A stretch of 64,000 bases of DNA. It comes from Hypanus sabinus (lineage: Eukaryota). The position numbers and the translations under genes are program-made. The stretch spans positions 124,001-188,000 of the forward strand of contig NW_026781450.1 in NCBI RefSeq assembly GCF_030144855.1. The letters are read 5' to 3'. Positions 1-13,375 of this stretch are shown here, in pieces; the first letter of the stretch is position 1; every line of letters begins with the position of its first letter. Under the pieces are notes generated by a model. It saw only the letters and a list, made by a program, of their open reading frames with translations. It ran no database searches and was not told where the DNA came from.

Positions 1-149
1 ACCCTCCACCTACAATTCGACTCTTTATTGGCGGATGAATACAGTATAAACGACATGTCAATCGCTTTTCTTTTTTTGTTCTGTCGCAATCCAATACACT
101 GAAAGTTTGACTAGCGTTAGTTAATAGAAATTTACATTGCAATATTTTA

Positions 150-250
150 AGCGTTCAGCGCCAGCGACCCGGGTTCAAATCCCGCCGCTGGCTGTAAAGG
201 AGTTTATCGGCTCTCCTGGTGAACGCGTGGCTTCCCACCGGGTATCGAAA
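150..250 (+). mobile_element. tRNA-derived SINE fragment
   Basis: Pol III box-B-like GGTTCAAATCC at 172-182 followed by a typical elasmobranch SINE body; no complete tRNA cloverleaf. Confidence 0.6.
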
Positions 251-269
251 ACACTTGTGTAAACAAATA

Positions 270-1240
270 ATAATAATAAAAAAGCATGATCCTCACATTG
301 CTGCCCTGATTGTCCAAGAGGCAGTAGGCTCTGTTCTGCAGATCATGACGGTCTCCTCAACACGAATCCGTTCTTGGCTGGCAAGCTGCAGGGGGTCGAG
401 GGCTGATCTGGCCACGGTCGGAGGTGAGACAGGATCAGCCTCGCCAGTGTCTTCATGATATGACAGTTCACGGCCACTGGACGGTAGTCATTCGAGACTT
501 TAAGTTGGCCGTTCTTGGCTACTGTGACCAAACATGATGTTTCCACGCTTTCAACCCTGGGGGTCAAGTTGGAAATGCGCTGGGGATCTCCACACAGCCG
601 CTGAGCAGGTTCCCTCAGGACCTTGGAGTTCACAACTTGAGAACACAATGCTTTGCCCCGTCCGAGTCTCCCCAGAGACCTTATCACCTGCTCAGTAGTT
701 TTGGTGAACTGGGGAATTGGTGGAAGGTGAGGATGGGGTTGACAAACGGGACGTTCGGAGTTGGGATCTGGAGTTGTGGATGGCGGTGCAGGGCAGGGAG
801 GGGGTCTGGCTTAGAAGAGAGCATTTGGCAATTCACTTGACTTGCATATCGTTCATGCAGATCAAAGCATTGAGGTCGTAACATGAAACATGAAAATAAA
901 GAACTGGATTGCAGGTCGAGAATAACGTGTGAGAACCTACGCAGTTTGAGCGGTGAGTACGCTGTCCTTGAGCAAGTGGTGCGGATTTTGAAACATTTGT
1001 GTTTTCTTCCCGACGGGAGGTGGAAGGAAATATTGGGCTGAAATGATACGAGAATTGGCCGGCTGCTTTCCCGAGGCTATGGGATGTATAGGTAGAGTCT
1101 GTGGAGGGCAGGCTGTACCTCCTGATGTGCTGAGCCGTGCTTTAACCGGCCATGATACATCCACGGATATGTTTATACATGGGCTGATGTGTCTGCATGG
1201 CACGCAAACTAACGATTTTTATTATGTCTGAGCACGTAGT
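270..1240 (-). mobile_element. Degenerate Rex1/Babar (L2-group) LINE ORF2 fragment (endonuclease and RT N-terminus)
   Basis: ORF 343..687 contains NDYRPVAVNCHIMKTLARLILSHL, matching the NDYRPVALTS.IMK.FERL motif; upstream frames resemble an APE endonuclease; frames are broken. Confidence 0.7.
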
Positions 1241-3428
1241 TAATTATCTTCTATACTGGTGGTACCCCGGTCTGGTAGGACTTTTCTACGGGGCGAAAAC
1301 GTAAGATGTTGCGGGAGCAGTTGACCCAACGCACCACCGGCGTAACTCCCCTCCATCTCCCTGAGGCAAAACAGCGACCATTTCGGACTTGGTGCCGGGA
1401 GCTAGAATAGGGATTCCTGCACTTAAGTTCGTTCATTTCGCCGATAACGGAACAGAGACTGCTATCTCAGCAGGACGTGCCTCTGCTGGAGGTGTCAATT
1501 AGCATCCGGTCTCTCTCTCAGAATTGGTGGAACCCATTCAAAGCTGGTCCGTGGATCGAGACCGTCGCTGTGGAGGAAACACTCACCAAACCCAAGTTTA
1601 TTCAAATACTATTAATTTCTTAAGCGAATTCTGTCGTTGCAAGTTTCCACTACACACTCTGTTGTCCTGTCTGACAGCGGAGACTGGAATCTGACAAGAG
1701 GGTGGGGATCTCCGTGGATCACAGAAGGTCGAAGGCAGAACACCACAGCACATGAACTGGCCCTTCGAATCGAGGTTAAAGTCACAGAAAGGTAGGGCAC
1801 AGAAACAAACTCTTCGGCCTATATAGCTGTGCCGAACTATTTAAACTGCCCAATATCATTGACCAATCCCCGGATCAGATGCCCTCCATAGCTCTGCCAC
1901 ACATGAACCAAAAGCAACTTCTCCGAAACGCTGATATCGGAATCTCATGTACCATTTGTGCGCTGGTACTTCCTCAGCCCCTGACTGAAGACGCTTCCTC
2001 TCATGCTCCGCTTAAGCATTTCGACTCTCACCCTCAGCGCATTTCCTCACGTTGCCCCATCCAGCCTCTGTGTAAAGGCCTGCTTGCATTTACTCTAGCT
2101 ATATCCCTCATACACGGGCAGGTGGCGCTCGAGAGTCTTGGACCGGAGCCCGCCGAGGAGAAGGAACACTCTGATTTTACACCTCCGCTGCCTTCCGGCC
2201 ATGCGCACCCGTGGGAAAGGCTTCGGGGGTAAGCCCCGAGGAAGAAATCCGGAGCTGGCGTCCCTAAGGAAGCTTGATGTTGTTTGCAGCTTGACTCTGG
2301 CAACCTGTCCGACGACAACTGCTGTCAAGCTGTAGCGGCGCTTGCCCTTCCCTGTTACTACATCAGAGACGTGAAGAAGCCGCTGCATGGACAACAGCCG
2401 GTTCTTCAAATCCTCCCGCCCTGGTTTGCGCCCTGGAGTGGATGCAGTTCGCCAGAGAAGCGAACCAGTGATCCCCTGGGATCTGCGGCTACGACTATTA
2501 TTACTACTTCTCCTCATCCTCATAATTGTGTATCCCTCTATCAAATCCCCCCTCAGCTTTCTGCATTCCAAGCAATAAACTCCAAAACTATTCAATCTTT
2601 CCTTATAACTGGGGCCCTGGAGTCCCGGGGACGTTCTTGTATATTTTACTTTCAAACGCACATAGGTCGTTCCGCAGGTATATAAAGGAGTCGGTACAGA
2701 AAACTAAATTAGGGCTCTCCAACGTCTTTCTCAACTTCAAGATATCTGGGAACCAATCGTCACCACAGCTTGTTTTGTCGTCCAGCCTCTTGTTTAGTTG
2801 TCTGTTCTCGTTTCAGTCACACCTCGTGATTCAAGCCTCGGATCCTCCAGCACTTGGGTCCAGACAGTCACTCGCCAGTGAGGGAATAGCCACGAATCCG
2901 CGTCAGCCATTTTACTTTCTCAGAACCCTGGCAAACGTGCGGAGGCGTCCCCCGTTGAATTTGCTTCTGGTTTGCAATTAGCACGCACAGCAGGTCCCCA
3001 CACCGTCTGCACCACGCCATCCTCTCGCAGTCCCCATCGGACAGGAGGTAGAGAAGGTGAAATTCCTCACAGGATTAGGTTCAGGAACAATGACTTCCCT
3101 TCAACCATTCGGCAAAGACCGGCACGAATCGAACAATTTGTCAAGCAATGGACTCCGATTTTTTTCGTTTTTTTTCAAATGTGTTGTGAACTGCATGGAT
3201 TGTGTATAATTACAGTTTAATTGACTTTTCTTTCTGGTGAGTCTTGTGTCTCTGACGCAGCTGGAAGTTCGTGTTTCACTGCGCATGTGCAGAGACGGTT
3301 TTGGGCGGATGGCAAGAAACTCAGCCACGGGATGTTGCTTCTCGAAATTAAGTTTCACTTCTCCATGTTGCGAATAATCTTACAGCCCTCCAGCTGGCTT
3401 CCGCTCCGCTGACTCTCTCGCTTCTGGG

Positions 3429-3467
3429 GGTTTTTGTAGCGCTCCTGTATCTGTCGGCGCCGCTGTG
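3429..3467 (-). other. 23-bp-spacer recombination signal sequence (RSS) of V1
   Basis: On minus: heptamer CACAGCG (3467-3461), 23-nt spacer, consensus nonamer ACAAAAACC (3437-3429), directly after CAWST. Confidence 0.95.
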
Positions 3468-3763
3468 AGTACTCCAGGCGCAGAGAAGCAAGGCCGAATG
3501 ACTGACTTGCAGCTCGGAGAGGTTCAGAAGGAACAGAGTTTCTTCGGGTCGCACGGCGGTGAATCCATCGACAGCCTCCTGCGGTGTAACCGAACCCGGG
3601 CCCACGGAATAAAACAGGTTCCGAAGCTGCTCTCCCGCCCGCTGCCGGTACCAGAACATACTAAAGGTACCGCTGCCCGTCAGAGTGCATCTCAGTGTCA
3701 CGGTGTCTCCTGGAGAGCCGCTGTAGGCCACTGGAGACTGCCGGATGGTCTGCGAGCTCGCCT
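3468..3763 (-). CDS. TRBV: TCR V exon V1 (TCR-beta-like, CAWS family); open frame but probably ORF or pseudogene status
   Basis: Acceptor ccttccccAG at 3765-3764; ASSQTIRQSP..VTLRC..MFWYRQ..DGFTAVRP..SHSALLLCAWST; both canonical Cys and Trp present; YFC replaced by LLC; 23-RSS follows. Confidence 0.9.
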
Positions 3764-4194
3764 CTGGGGAAGGATGTCGGGGAAGAGATGTATCAGTGAA
3801 CAGGCAGTGTCGGACGGTGGGGTCTGGAGAGACAGTTTCGGCGCGGTGGGGAAAAGGGATCCACAGGGTTCGGAAAGGTGGGTAGTAAATTTGGCAAAGA
3901 AGACATAAAGAGACAAGACATCGTAGAATTGGAATGAACTGTGTGCAGTGTTCCAGTCTGCGTATCATCTCCCAGCCCGGCCTGGCCCAGTTCCAAACGT
4001 CAGGAGCACGGTGCAGAGTTACCGTCTCCATATCTCTGCCTGTGCCAGATTCGCACCATGCACTCAAGATGGAACAGTGCAGAGCAAGAAAACGCCTGAT
4101 GCCAGTCTACCTAATCGAGTCTGCCGGCACGTGTTCCATGGCCCTTTCTTGTCTCTCTATTCACGGGTCTATATAAATAATTCTTCAAAGTCAC

Positions 4195-4229
4195 CATCAA
4201 ACACCCACTGTGATTACAAAAGTGGACAT
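4195..4229 (-). pseudogene. Degenerate leader exon of V1
   Basis: ATG at 4229 to TTTGATG|gtgact donor at 4194 gives 35 nt, against 37 nt in paralogous leaders, and contains an in-frame TGA; a degenerate GC-box/decamer-like promoter lies at ~4268-4297. Confidence 0.5.
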
Positions 4230-5159
4230 GGAAATCTCCTTTTAACATTCCCTCTCTCCCTTTAAACTCCGGCCCTCTGACATCTCCGCACTCACTGTGG
4301 TTGTCCGCCCTGATAAGTTTACAGACCTCAATCTCTATCCTTCCACCGCCGAATCCACTGCTTGTCTAACATCTAATTAAAGCTAACACTGACCAGTTTC
4401 GTGACAACATATTGGGAATCCGTTCACAAAAACAAAAAATAAATAAAACAAAATAAAAAAACAACAACAGTACATTGGATTCTTCCTACAAATGCGGCGA
4501 GAAGAATTGACACACTATTTCAAAAGTTGCCTCGACATAAATAAAAAAAAATGCACCCTTGCACTCTGAATTTCAGATATTTATCTTTACAACTTCAACT
4601 GCTAAAGATCCTTCTCGCTTCCATGGCCACTTTTGAATCTCAATATGGACGGACGCTAAATTTCATCTGTCCTACGTGTCTCGCCATGGACAATGACCCT
4701 TGATTCATGCATCTGAACTCCTTAAATGAAGCGAACAAACGATAAGCAAATTAAATCTTTGCAAACATTCTTACGCTGAACGAAAAGCACCGTCGCGATT
4801 AGCAGTATCAATCGCTCAGTCGACATTTGTTGTTTCATCTTCAAGTAAGATGGCAGACTATACGCCACCAGACTCTTTATTACGACTCTCGTCATGTGAT
4901 TGGCTGTTTTACCCCTATGTCTCTGATTGGAGGAATGAGCGCAGAATTGGATCGATGGAGACCGGATGTCCAGGTGCTGCAGTGGAAACAGGGGGCACTC
5001 CGTATCCACACGGGGATCATCTCAGCGATAACCCCTGCGGCAATTTATAGACTTTAAGCAAATTGCACATCTTACTGGTTTGCAATAAACTCACTTGATA
5101 TTAAACAACAATTTAGTACGGGAGATCCCCTCTTTGAAATTAATAAGAGAACAGCAGAG

Positions 5160-5400
5160 TAGCTGTTAGCGCGACACCATTACAGCTCGGGCGGTCCTGA
5201 GTTCAAGGTGAATTTCAGACGGCATCGGTGAGATTTTGTACTTTCTCCACGTGAACCACATTGGTTTCCTCCCACCTCCCGAAGGCGGACCGTTTGGTAG
5301 GTTGATTGTTCATTCTATTGTCCTGTGGTTAAGCTAGACGGGCCACGCGGCTCGTTCGGTCGGAAGGGCCTGTTGCACGATGTAATTCTAGATAAATAAA
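5160..5400 (+). mobile_element. SINE (HE1-like)
   Basis: tRNA-like head (gagttcaag), body ggtttcctcccacctcccgaag..ggtaggttgattg, LINE-like tail ending aaataaa. Confidence 0.6.
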
Positions 5401-6235
5401 TCATATGAAAGTACGAGGGGATGGTGCGATGTTAAGTATTTTCAGACTCTTATTTGGAGTCAAGATCAAAGTTCAGTTGTGCACAAGTACATCTGAATCA
5501 GTTTATTACCCGTCTGTGAAACATTCCAGGAATAATTGTGATTCAATGCCAAGCATAAAGCACAGGGCAGGATCATTACAGACAACACAATAGCAACCAG
5601 CAGTTTACAAGGCAAACAGCCGTGTGCAAACAGCCGTGTGCAAACAACGATTAACAGAACGGTCACGTGTGCAAACGTCAGCAAACAAATCTCACCGCCC
5701 ATTTATCCAGTGCCCATGAAGTGATCCGAGCAGGAAGGGTGAATGTCAGATGCTGGCTAAACTGCTAACGCAAGGGGGGATTAGAAGCCGGGTGGGTGGG
5801 ACGGACAGTGCAACAACACAAGCCAGCGGTTTTCCCATGTTCGGAGTTTGATGTGATTTCGAATGTCAACGCCGCTTGTTTTGAGGCTCCAAATCAAAGG
5901 ATGGCAAAGGGCTGTAGAGGGTTGTAGAATCAACTCAATCGGTGCATCCAGCAAGTGCCCAGAGAGAGCTGTGGAATTAGCCACCCCCAGCAGGGACTCA
6001 GTCGTCCACAATAGTCTGGATATTGTGAGATGAGCGTCGAGCCCACCAGCACTGAGAACCCTCGCCACCAGGGTCATGTCTTCGTCTCCTTGCCAACATC
6101 GGGCAGCAGGTAGAGGAGACCGATGACCCGTACTTAACGATTCCGGAACAGCTTCATACACCGCTCCAGCAGATTTATGAAGATTCATGAACTCATGAAA
6201 AGTGATTTGTTATTACCCTTTTACTCTCCGTCTCT

Positions 6236-6269
6236 CTGTCTGTCGTGTCTGTCTGTCTGTCTGTCCCTC

Positions 6270-6315
<46 letters not shown>

Positions 6316-6320
6316 GCTCT
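6236..6320. repeat. (CTGT)n/(CT)n microsatellite
   Basis: Direct reading of the sequence. Confidence 0.9.
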
Positions 6321-6872
6321 CTACGATATTAAATAACGTTTTGTAGTACCACCCTGTGTCACTGTCCCTCTTCCTTTCTCACTTTCACTGTCTCTCTCCA
6401 TCTGTCTATCTCTCTCTCTCTGCGTCCTGTCAGCGACATGAGCCCGCGTTTCGTTCTGCTTTCTCCATAACTGCGTGGGTCTCCTCAGTGTCCTTCGATT
6501 TCCTTCCATAGTGCAAAGACGTAAGAGTTGATTAGTCAAATGGTCACGTGGGAGAAATTGTCCTGCGCGTATCCGTTGCGCTGGTAGGATTGCTGTATCG
6601 CCAAAGAGAGTAAATGAGAACAAGTTATCCAGGAATTTTAATAGAAATCATTTTAGAATTAATAGAAATACGTCATCACTTCTTCCAGTTGACAAAAGCA
6701 GGCCAGTCCTGGATCTGTCACTGTGACACAATCGTGGAAGACGTGAGCCCGATATTTTACATGTGCTGCCACCTCGAGGAAGAACAAATGTACTTCAATA
6801 CAGCCGAGGAAACAGAGTTACCACGGCGTTTGTCGGGGATCAGTCTCACCTCCATCGTCCAAGTTGGGGAAC

Positions 6873-7110
6873 GGTTTTCTAAGGGAGGTCCACCTCTTGA
6901 GGCTCTGCGAGGTACAGCAAGCGCAGAAGAGGACGGCCGATTGAGAGGGCGAGGGTTCCTTCATTTCCAGTGACAAGCACGTATCACTGAACATCTTGGC
7001 CGTGTATCCGACAGGCGTGTAGGTGCTGATGGAGACTTGCCCAGCGGAGGTTAACAAGAGATCCAGTGCCCACACATTCTCTACTAGTACCAGCGTGCAT
7101 GCGAGGTGCA
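6873..7110 (-). pseudogene. Degenerate TCR V relic with decayed RSS
   Basis: TGG TAC TAG TAG (decayed WYQQ), then frameshifted ALDLLLTSAGQVS..TPVGYTAKMFSDTCLSLEMKEPSPSQSAVLFCAC; heptamer-like CGCAGAG (6909-6903), 21-nt spacer, nonamer-like TAGAAAACC (6881-6873). Confidence 0.6.
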
Positions 7111-7519
7111 TCTTCCCGCCAGCTGCAATCGAGGGGGAAGAATGTATTGATTAAGTAGTGAAGGGCCACTAATTACAGTTTGGTCCGAAAAGGGTGTTCA
7201 GCTGTCTGAGTCAACTCAGAGGTCGCCCCTCCTATTCTCAGTCAACACTCACTTCTCTACGCCTATCTCGATCTCTATTACCCTCGTCCTCCCTTACATA
7301 CATCATGTCCCTGCATCTTCCCGCCAGCTGCAATCGAGGGGGAAGAATGTATTGATTAAGTAGTGAAGGGCCACTAATTACAGTTTGGTCCGAAAAGGGT
7401 GTTCAGCTGTCTGAGTCAACTCAGAGGTCGCCCCTCCTATTCTCAGTCAACACTCACTTCTCTACGCCTATCTCGATCTCTATTACCCTCGTCCTCCCTT
7501 ACATACATCATGTCCCTGC
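7107..7519. repeat. Apparently perfect 205-bp tandem duplication (2 copies)
   Basis: tgcatcttcccgccagctgcaatc... starts at 7107 and again at 7312; the copies read identically. Confidence 0.9.
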
Positions 7520-8426
7520 CATTCCATCTATCCCCTGCAACCCTCCGCTTCTCAGTAACCTCTCCCTCCCCTACATAGCCCGGTTATTGTGATCTCCCCC
7601 TCCAATACGCTGCTCACCATCTCCGTCAGACCCTCCTTCTCGTACATATGCCCCGTTTCCGTTATTTTCCCTCCCCTATATCCCTCCCCGAATCCGTAAT
7701 CCCCTCCTACACCGACGGTCACACCGGCCTCCATGACCGGCTCCCTAACCATTACCTTGTCTGCTACTTTTGTTTTCCAGTGTCTGCAGTATCTGTTCCG
7801 TCGAAAAATATAGGTTTAACAGGAGGGGAAAATGCGATGAAGCTTCTCTACACACGGGAAGTGGCTGATGCAATTACATTTACAAAGCCGAGTAGTATTC
7901 AGGGGCAGCACGGTTGACGTGACGGTATGGCATCGCCAGCGAGCCTCGTTCAGTTTTATAAGGAATTCCAACGTTCTACTCTGGACCGCGTAAATTTCAT
8001 GCGGGTGCTCCGGTTTCATCCCACATTCCGAAGACCTAAATGGTTATTTAGGTTATTTGGTCACCCGGGGGTAATTGGACGATGTTGGTTTACTCTGCTG
8101 AATCTGTAAAAAAAGGCTCTGAGATGGGGAAGGATTAGAGAGATAACGCTTCCAGACTGATCGTATAGCTTCGTGGTGAAATGGTGATAATTTGGGAGTA
8201 ACATGTTCAGACAGAGAGAGGTATGTACATGGAATTAGCTAAAAGTACCACAACTATTAGAACAACCACACCGGAATTTCCCAGTAGTTCCGGCAGCGTC
8301 CACAGACAGTGGAACAACATGAGCTCTTAGTTGTTAAGTAAATAAAATGATAAAGATCTAAATTGAATTGAATTGACATTATTTCTTACATCCTTCAGAA
8401 ACATGAGGAGTAAAAATCACTCAAGT

Positions 8427-10765
8427 CATAGAAACATAGAAACATTAAAAATAGGTGCAAGGAGTAGGCCATTCGGCCCTTCGAGCCTGGACCGCCATTC
8501 AGTATGATCATGGCTGATCATCCAACTCAGAAACCTGTACCTGCTTTCTCTCCATACCCGCGATCCCTTTAGCCACAAGGGCCATATCTAACTTCCTCTT
8601 AAATATAGCCAATGAACCGGCCTCAACTGTTTCCTGTGGCTGAGAATTCCACAGATTTACCACTCTCTGTGTGAAGAAGTTTTTCCTTATCTCGGTGCTA
8701 AAAGGCTTCCCTTTAATCCTTAAACTGTGACCCCTCGTTCTGGACTTACCCAAAATCGGAAACAATCTTCCTGCATCTAGCCTGTCCAAACCCTTCAGAA
8801 TTTTATACGTTTCAATAAAATCCCCCCTCAAACTTCTCAATTCCAGTGAGTATAAGACGAGTCAATCCAGTCTTTCTTCATATGAAAGTCCTGCCATCCC
8901 ATGAATCAATCTGGTGAACGAACCTTCTCTGTACTTGCTCTATGGCAGGAATGTCTTTCCTCAGATGAGGGGACCAAAACTGTGCACAATAATTTTAAAC
9001 GCGGTCTCACCAAGGCCTTGAACAACTGCAGTAGAACCTCCCTGCTCCTATACTCAAGTCCTTTTGCTATGACTGCCAACATACAATTTGCCTTTTCACC
9101 CCCTGCTGTACCTGCATGTCCACATTCAATGACTGGTGTAGAATGACACCCAGTTCTCGTTGCACCAGCCTTTTCCTAATCGGCCACCGTTCAGATAATA
9201 ATTGTTTTCTTGTTCTTGCAACCAAAGTGGATACCGTCACATTTATCCACATTAAATTGCATCTGCCATGATTTGCCCACTCATCTAACCTATCCAAGTC
9301 ACCCTGCATCCTCTTAGCATCCTCCTCAGAGCTAACACCGCCGCACAGCTTCGTGTCATCCGGAAACTTGGAGATGCTGCATTTAATTCCCTCGTCTATA
9401 TCATTAATATATATTGAAACAACTGGGGTCCCAGTACTGAGCCTTGCGGTACACCACGAGCCATTGCCTGCCATTCTGAAAAGGGCCCGTTTACTCCCAC
9501 TCTTTGCTTCCTGACTTCCAACCAATTCTCTATCAACATCAATACCATACCCCCAATACCGTGTGCTTTAAGTTTGCACACTAATCTCCTTGCCAATCCC
9601 CTTGTGGGACCTTGTCAAAAGACTTTTGAAAATCTAAATATACCACATCCACTGGTTCTCCCCTATCCACTCTACTAGTTACATCTTCAAAAAATTATAT
9701 AGGATTCGTCAGACATGATTTTCCTTTCACAAATCCGTGCTGACTTTGTCCGATGATTTCACCTCTTTCCAAATGTGCTGTTATCACATATTTGATAACC
9801 GACTCTAGCATTTTCCGCACCACTGATGTCAGACTAACTGGTCATTAATTCCCCGGTTTCTCTCTCCCTCTTTTTTTAAAAAGTGTGGTAAGCCACCCTG
9901 CAATCCTTAGGAACTAATCCAGAATATGAGGAGTTTAGAGAAATATCGCTAATGCAGCCACTATTTCTTGGGCTACTTCCTTAAGCACTCTGGAATGCAG
10001 ACCATCTGGCCCTGGGGCTTTGTCTGCCTTTAATCCCTAACACCACTTCCTTACAAACATGTGTTTCCCTCAGTTCCTCCATCTCACTAGACCCTCGGTC
10101 CCTTACTATTTCCGGAAGATTGTTTATGTCCTCCTTAGTGAAAACAGAACCAAAGTAGTTTTTCATTTGCTCTGCCATGAATTTGCTCCCTATGATCAAT
10201 TCGCCTGTTTCTGACTGTAAAGGACCTACATTTGTCTTGACTAATATTTTTCTATTCACTTAGCTATAAAGTCTTTTAGTCAGTTTTTATGTTCCCTGCC
10301 AGATTTCTCTCATAATCTTTTTTTTTTCCTTTTCCTAATTAAGACCTTTGTTCTCCTCTGCTGGTCTCTGAATTTCTCGCAGTCCTCAGGTGTGCCGCGT
10401 TTTAATTTATATGTTTCTTCTTTGGACTTGATACTATCACTAATTTCCCTTGTCAGCCACGGGCGCACTGGTTTATTCCCTGATTTATTATTTTGCCAGA
10501 CTGGGATGAACAACTGTTGTAGTTCATCCATGCGATCTTTAAATGCTTGTCATTGCATATCCACTGTCAACCCTTTAAGTATCATTTGCCAGTCTATCTT
10601 AACTAATTCACGTCTCATACCTTCAAAGTTACCCTTCTTTAAGTTCAGAATCTTTGTATCTGAATTAGCTATGTCACTCTCCATCTTAATGCAGAATTCC
10701 ACCATATTATGGTCACTCTTACCCAAGGGGCATCGCAGGAAAAGATTGCTAACTAACGCTTCCTC
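8427..10765 (-). mobile_element. CR1/HER1-type LINE, 5'-truncated, ORF2 frameshifted
   Basis: catagaaacatagaaa tail at ~8427; RT-like fragments (RGHSLRIKGKPF..NFFTQRVVNLWNS, GVPQGSVLGPQLF, ISKFPDDTKL, KSDHNMVEF). Confidence 0.9.
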
Positions 10766-10769
10766 ATTG

Positions 10770-11050
10770 CTCATTCTAACGGCCTGGTAGAAGAAGCTGC
10801 CCCGAATCCTATTGGTACCGCTTTCAGGATGGGAGCAGTTGGAATAGATTGTGTTTGGGATGGCCGTCCTTGTTAATGTCCTCAATCATGGGAAGTTCAC
10901 AACTGCAGACGCGCTGAGCTGTCCACACCACACTATGCAGATTCCGACGATTAAGGGAGTTACAGTTCCCATACCAGGCAGTGGTGCAGCCAGTCAGCAT
11001 GCTGTTAATTGTGGCCCTGTAGAAAGTTGTTTGGATTTGGGGGCCCATAC
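10770..11050 (-). mobile_element. Rex1/Babar-like LINE 3' ORF2 fragment
   Basis: TTFYRATINSMLTGCTTAWYGNC..VVWTAQRVCSCELP..HPKHNLFQLLPS. Confidence 0.75.
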
Positions 11051-11064
11051 AAAACTTCCTCATC

Positions 11065-12600
11065 CGACTAAGAATCAGAGAGGTCTTGGGGCCAGAGTCC
11101 ATAGGTCGCTCAAAGGAGCTGTGCAGGTTGACCCTGTGGTTAAGAAGGCGTGCGGTGCATTGGCCTTCACCAATCGTGGGATTGAGTTTAACATCCGAGA
11201 GGTAATGTTGCAGCAATATAGGAATCTGGTCAGAACCCACGTGCTCAGCTCTGGTCGCGTCACGACAGGAAGGACGTGGAAATCATAGGAAGGTTGCAGA
11301 ACGGATTAACAAGGATGTAACCTGGATTGGAGAGTATGCCTTATGAGAATAATTTGAGTGAACTCTGCCTTTTCTCCTTGGAGCGACGTATTTGGGAGGT
11401 GACCTGAGCGAGGAGTATAACATGATGAGAGGCATTGATTGTGTGGATAGTCGGAGGTTTTCTTTCCCCAGAGCTAAATCGGGTAATACAATGAAGGCAC
11501 AGTTTAAATTGTTTGTAAGTAGGTACAGAGGAGCTGTTAAGAGATGTAGGTGGTACCAACATATACCGAGACTTCTGGCTCCTCACCCAGAGTGTCGTGA
11601 GCACGACCCGGGACTTCCCTGACCATGGATCCTGGGAATAACATACAGTCCGGATTTCTCTTCAGTTCCACGGAATCTCGTGTTTTAGTGAGGTGTTTTA
11701 CTTTGGTAGGGCAAATGCAAACAGAATGTCGCCCTAACAAGTGTCTTTCAACAGGGAGATCCTGGGGTACAAGCTCATAGATCCTTGAAAATGGCTGTGC
11801 AGGTCTATATGTTGGTTAAGAAGCATTATGGTGTGCCTGCTTTTATTAGTCAAGGCACTGACTTCAAACGTCAAGATGTTATGTTGCAACGTTATAGAAA
11901 TCTCGTCAGTCTGCTTTTTGAGAATTACAGCGAGTTATGGTAGCCCCACTACAGGAAGAAATCTGAAGAGTGGAAAGGGTTCTGAGGAGATTCACCAGGA
12001 AGCTCACAGCTTTAGAAAAAATGTGCGATCATGGGAAGCTGGGGAAACTTCGTTGTTTTCTCAGGCGCAGCGGAGGATGAGGAGAGATCTGAAAGACCGT
12101 AACGCCATAAGATACAGGAGCACAAATAGCCCATTTGGCCCATCGAATCTGCTCCGTCATTCAAGTCTGGGCTCCTCCAATTCTTCCAGTCATCCTCGCT
12201 CCTCTGCCTTCTCCCATTATCATTTTATATCTACCTAATCAAGAAACTATATATCTCTACTTTAAATGCATTCAATGACTTGGCCTGCACAGCCGTTCGT
12301 GGCAAGAAATTCTGCAGATTTACCTCCTTGTGACTAAAGTAATTTCTCCTGCATCTCAGTTCTAAAAGCATGTCCTTCAAGCTTTCTTCTCCGAGAATCC
12401 CCTCCCTTGGAGAACACCTGTCATATCCACTCTGTTCAGGCCTTATCACATTCCTACTGGTTCTATAATATCCCCTCTCCTTCTCCTGAACTCCAGGGAA
12501 CACAGCCCAAGACCTGACAGACGTTCATCTTACGGTAACCCTTTATTTCCTGGAAGCAAGCTCGTGAATCTACTCTGACCCCTCCCCAATGGAGGTTCAT
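11065..12600. mobile_element. Cluster of CR1 3' fragments in both orientations
   Basis: VVKKACGALAFTNRGIEF.., EVNLQNFLPRTAVQAKSLNAFKVEI; typical CR1 ORF2 C-termini. Confidence 0.7.
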
Positions 12601-12749
12601 AAGATTATGAAAGGTGTAGACATGCAGAACTCTTTTCCCAGGATTTAAGTAGAACGTCAGGGTTATTTTTATTTTACTCAGATAATCAACAGATGTAATA
12701 ATCAGAGAGGATTCATTAATTCTGTCTTGGTCATGTTCGCGTTTGGAAA

Positions 12750-13375
12750 ATATTGGAAAGATGTCTCCCAATGTATCTAGGTACTTTTTTTAAAGTGAAT
12801 TTTAAGCACAATCCTTTGACTGCCTTATTTGGTATTTTTGAGGAGAGTAATAAGTTTGGAGCCTTCTCATTTGCGGTTACTGGCTTTTATTTCTATTTGT
12901 CTTGGAGAGCGATGCTGCTTAAATGGAATGATGTCCCCCCACTACGCCACACACACATGCTTAATGGTTATACGATGTTATGTCATGTTTAAATCTCGAG
13001 AAGTTTCGTTGTTCGATTTCTGATTCAAACATCTATGGGGACACATTCTGAACTATTTTAATAATCTTTGAATTATTATTGTTATAGATTTGGGCTATTA
13101 TACCAAAGCACTACCTGGTACAGTGCTAATTTTTTCTCTTTTTTTCACCCAACTTTTTCTTGATAGTGGGTGTAGGTTTTCTAAATAATATAATTAACCA
13201 TATAATTATTGTATTTCAGAAATCAATTTATTTTATTTGATTGATCATGATCAATGATTGCATCAGTGTGATTTATATATACTGCATTTTTTGCTAACTT
13301 ATTTTGATGTATAAAAATATACTTATGAATTTTGTATTTGTGTATATGAAATTTAATAAAATATTTGAAAGAGAA
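12750..13375 (+). mobile_element. L1/Tx1-like LINE 3' fragment
   Basis: NPLTALFG..MLLKWNDVPP..HTHML is L1-like ORF2 C-terminus; T-rich 3' UTR ending ttaataaaatatttgaaa. Confidence 0.6.

Noticed and set aside
150-250. tRNA-like box B
   Set aside because: Part of a SINE head; no acceptor stem or complete cloverleaf
2095-2685. 188-aa and overlapping ORFs
   Set aside because: Chimeric read-through of adjacent retroelement fragments (CR1 C-terminal YKERLNSFGVYCLE plus unrelated repeat sequence)
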